Source: Thalia democratica (taxonomy: Eukaryota). Taken from it: a DNA stretch of 64,000 nucleotides. This document shows, in pieces, positions 1 through 64,000 of the stretch. The notes under the pieces were generated by a model. That model had not been told where the DNA came from. It saw nothing but the letters and a program-made list of their open reading frames with translations, and did not search any database. The stretch lies in NCBI GenBank assembly GCA_965202585.1, contig OZ241833.1, positions 30,814,001 through 30,878,000 of the forward strand, in the 5' to 3' direction. Made by a program: the position numbers and the translations under genes. How positions within the stretch are numbered: the stretch's first letter is position 1; every line of letters begins with the position of its first letter.

Positions 1-63
1 GAAGTGATTCTAGTATACTAGAAAAAATATTTAATGTTCATATATCAAGCTTGAATAACTAAC

Positions 64-63937
<63,874 letters not shown>

Positions 63938-64000
63938 CTGTGAAATAAAAGTAACAAAAAATTAAAAGATTATGTTTAGTTATGCCTTAACATGTGTAGT

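Overview
This is eukaryotic (animal, probably marine invertebrate; taxon unresolved) genomic DNA with GC-rich exons in very AT-rich introns. The whole window lies inside one giant minus-strand gene for a MAM and LDL-receptor class A domain protein (MALRD1/MAMDC4/coral MLRP-like). I traced 119 exons by hand. All introns are GT-AG, phases match at every junction and I found no in-frame stop. That gives about 19.8 kb of CDS (about 6,600 aa) encoding about 36 MAM domains, 6 LDLa or LDLa-like modules and one ILEI/PANDER domain. Both ends of the gene lie outside the window. Main points: (1) a candidate hidden signal-peptide first exon in the 3.8-kb intron; (2) a 3-exon, phase 1-1 ILEI cassette nested inside a MAM domain; (3) an 8-Cys, roughly 80-aa insertion inside another MAM domain; (4) MAM triplets nested within a 9-MAM super-repeat; (5) at least seven intronic ghost copies of exon ends with their splice sites, several differing from the real exon mainly at synonymous positions; (6) about half of the splice donors are GT[T/C]; (7) intronic hairpin elements and a Foldback/Mutator-like element with a target-site duplication. 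Coordinates were derived by hand and may be off by a few bases.
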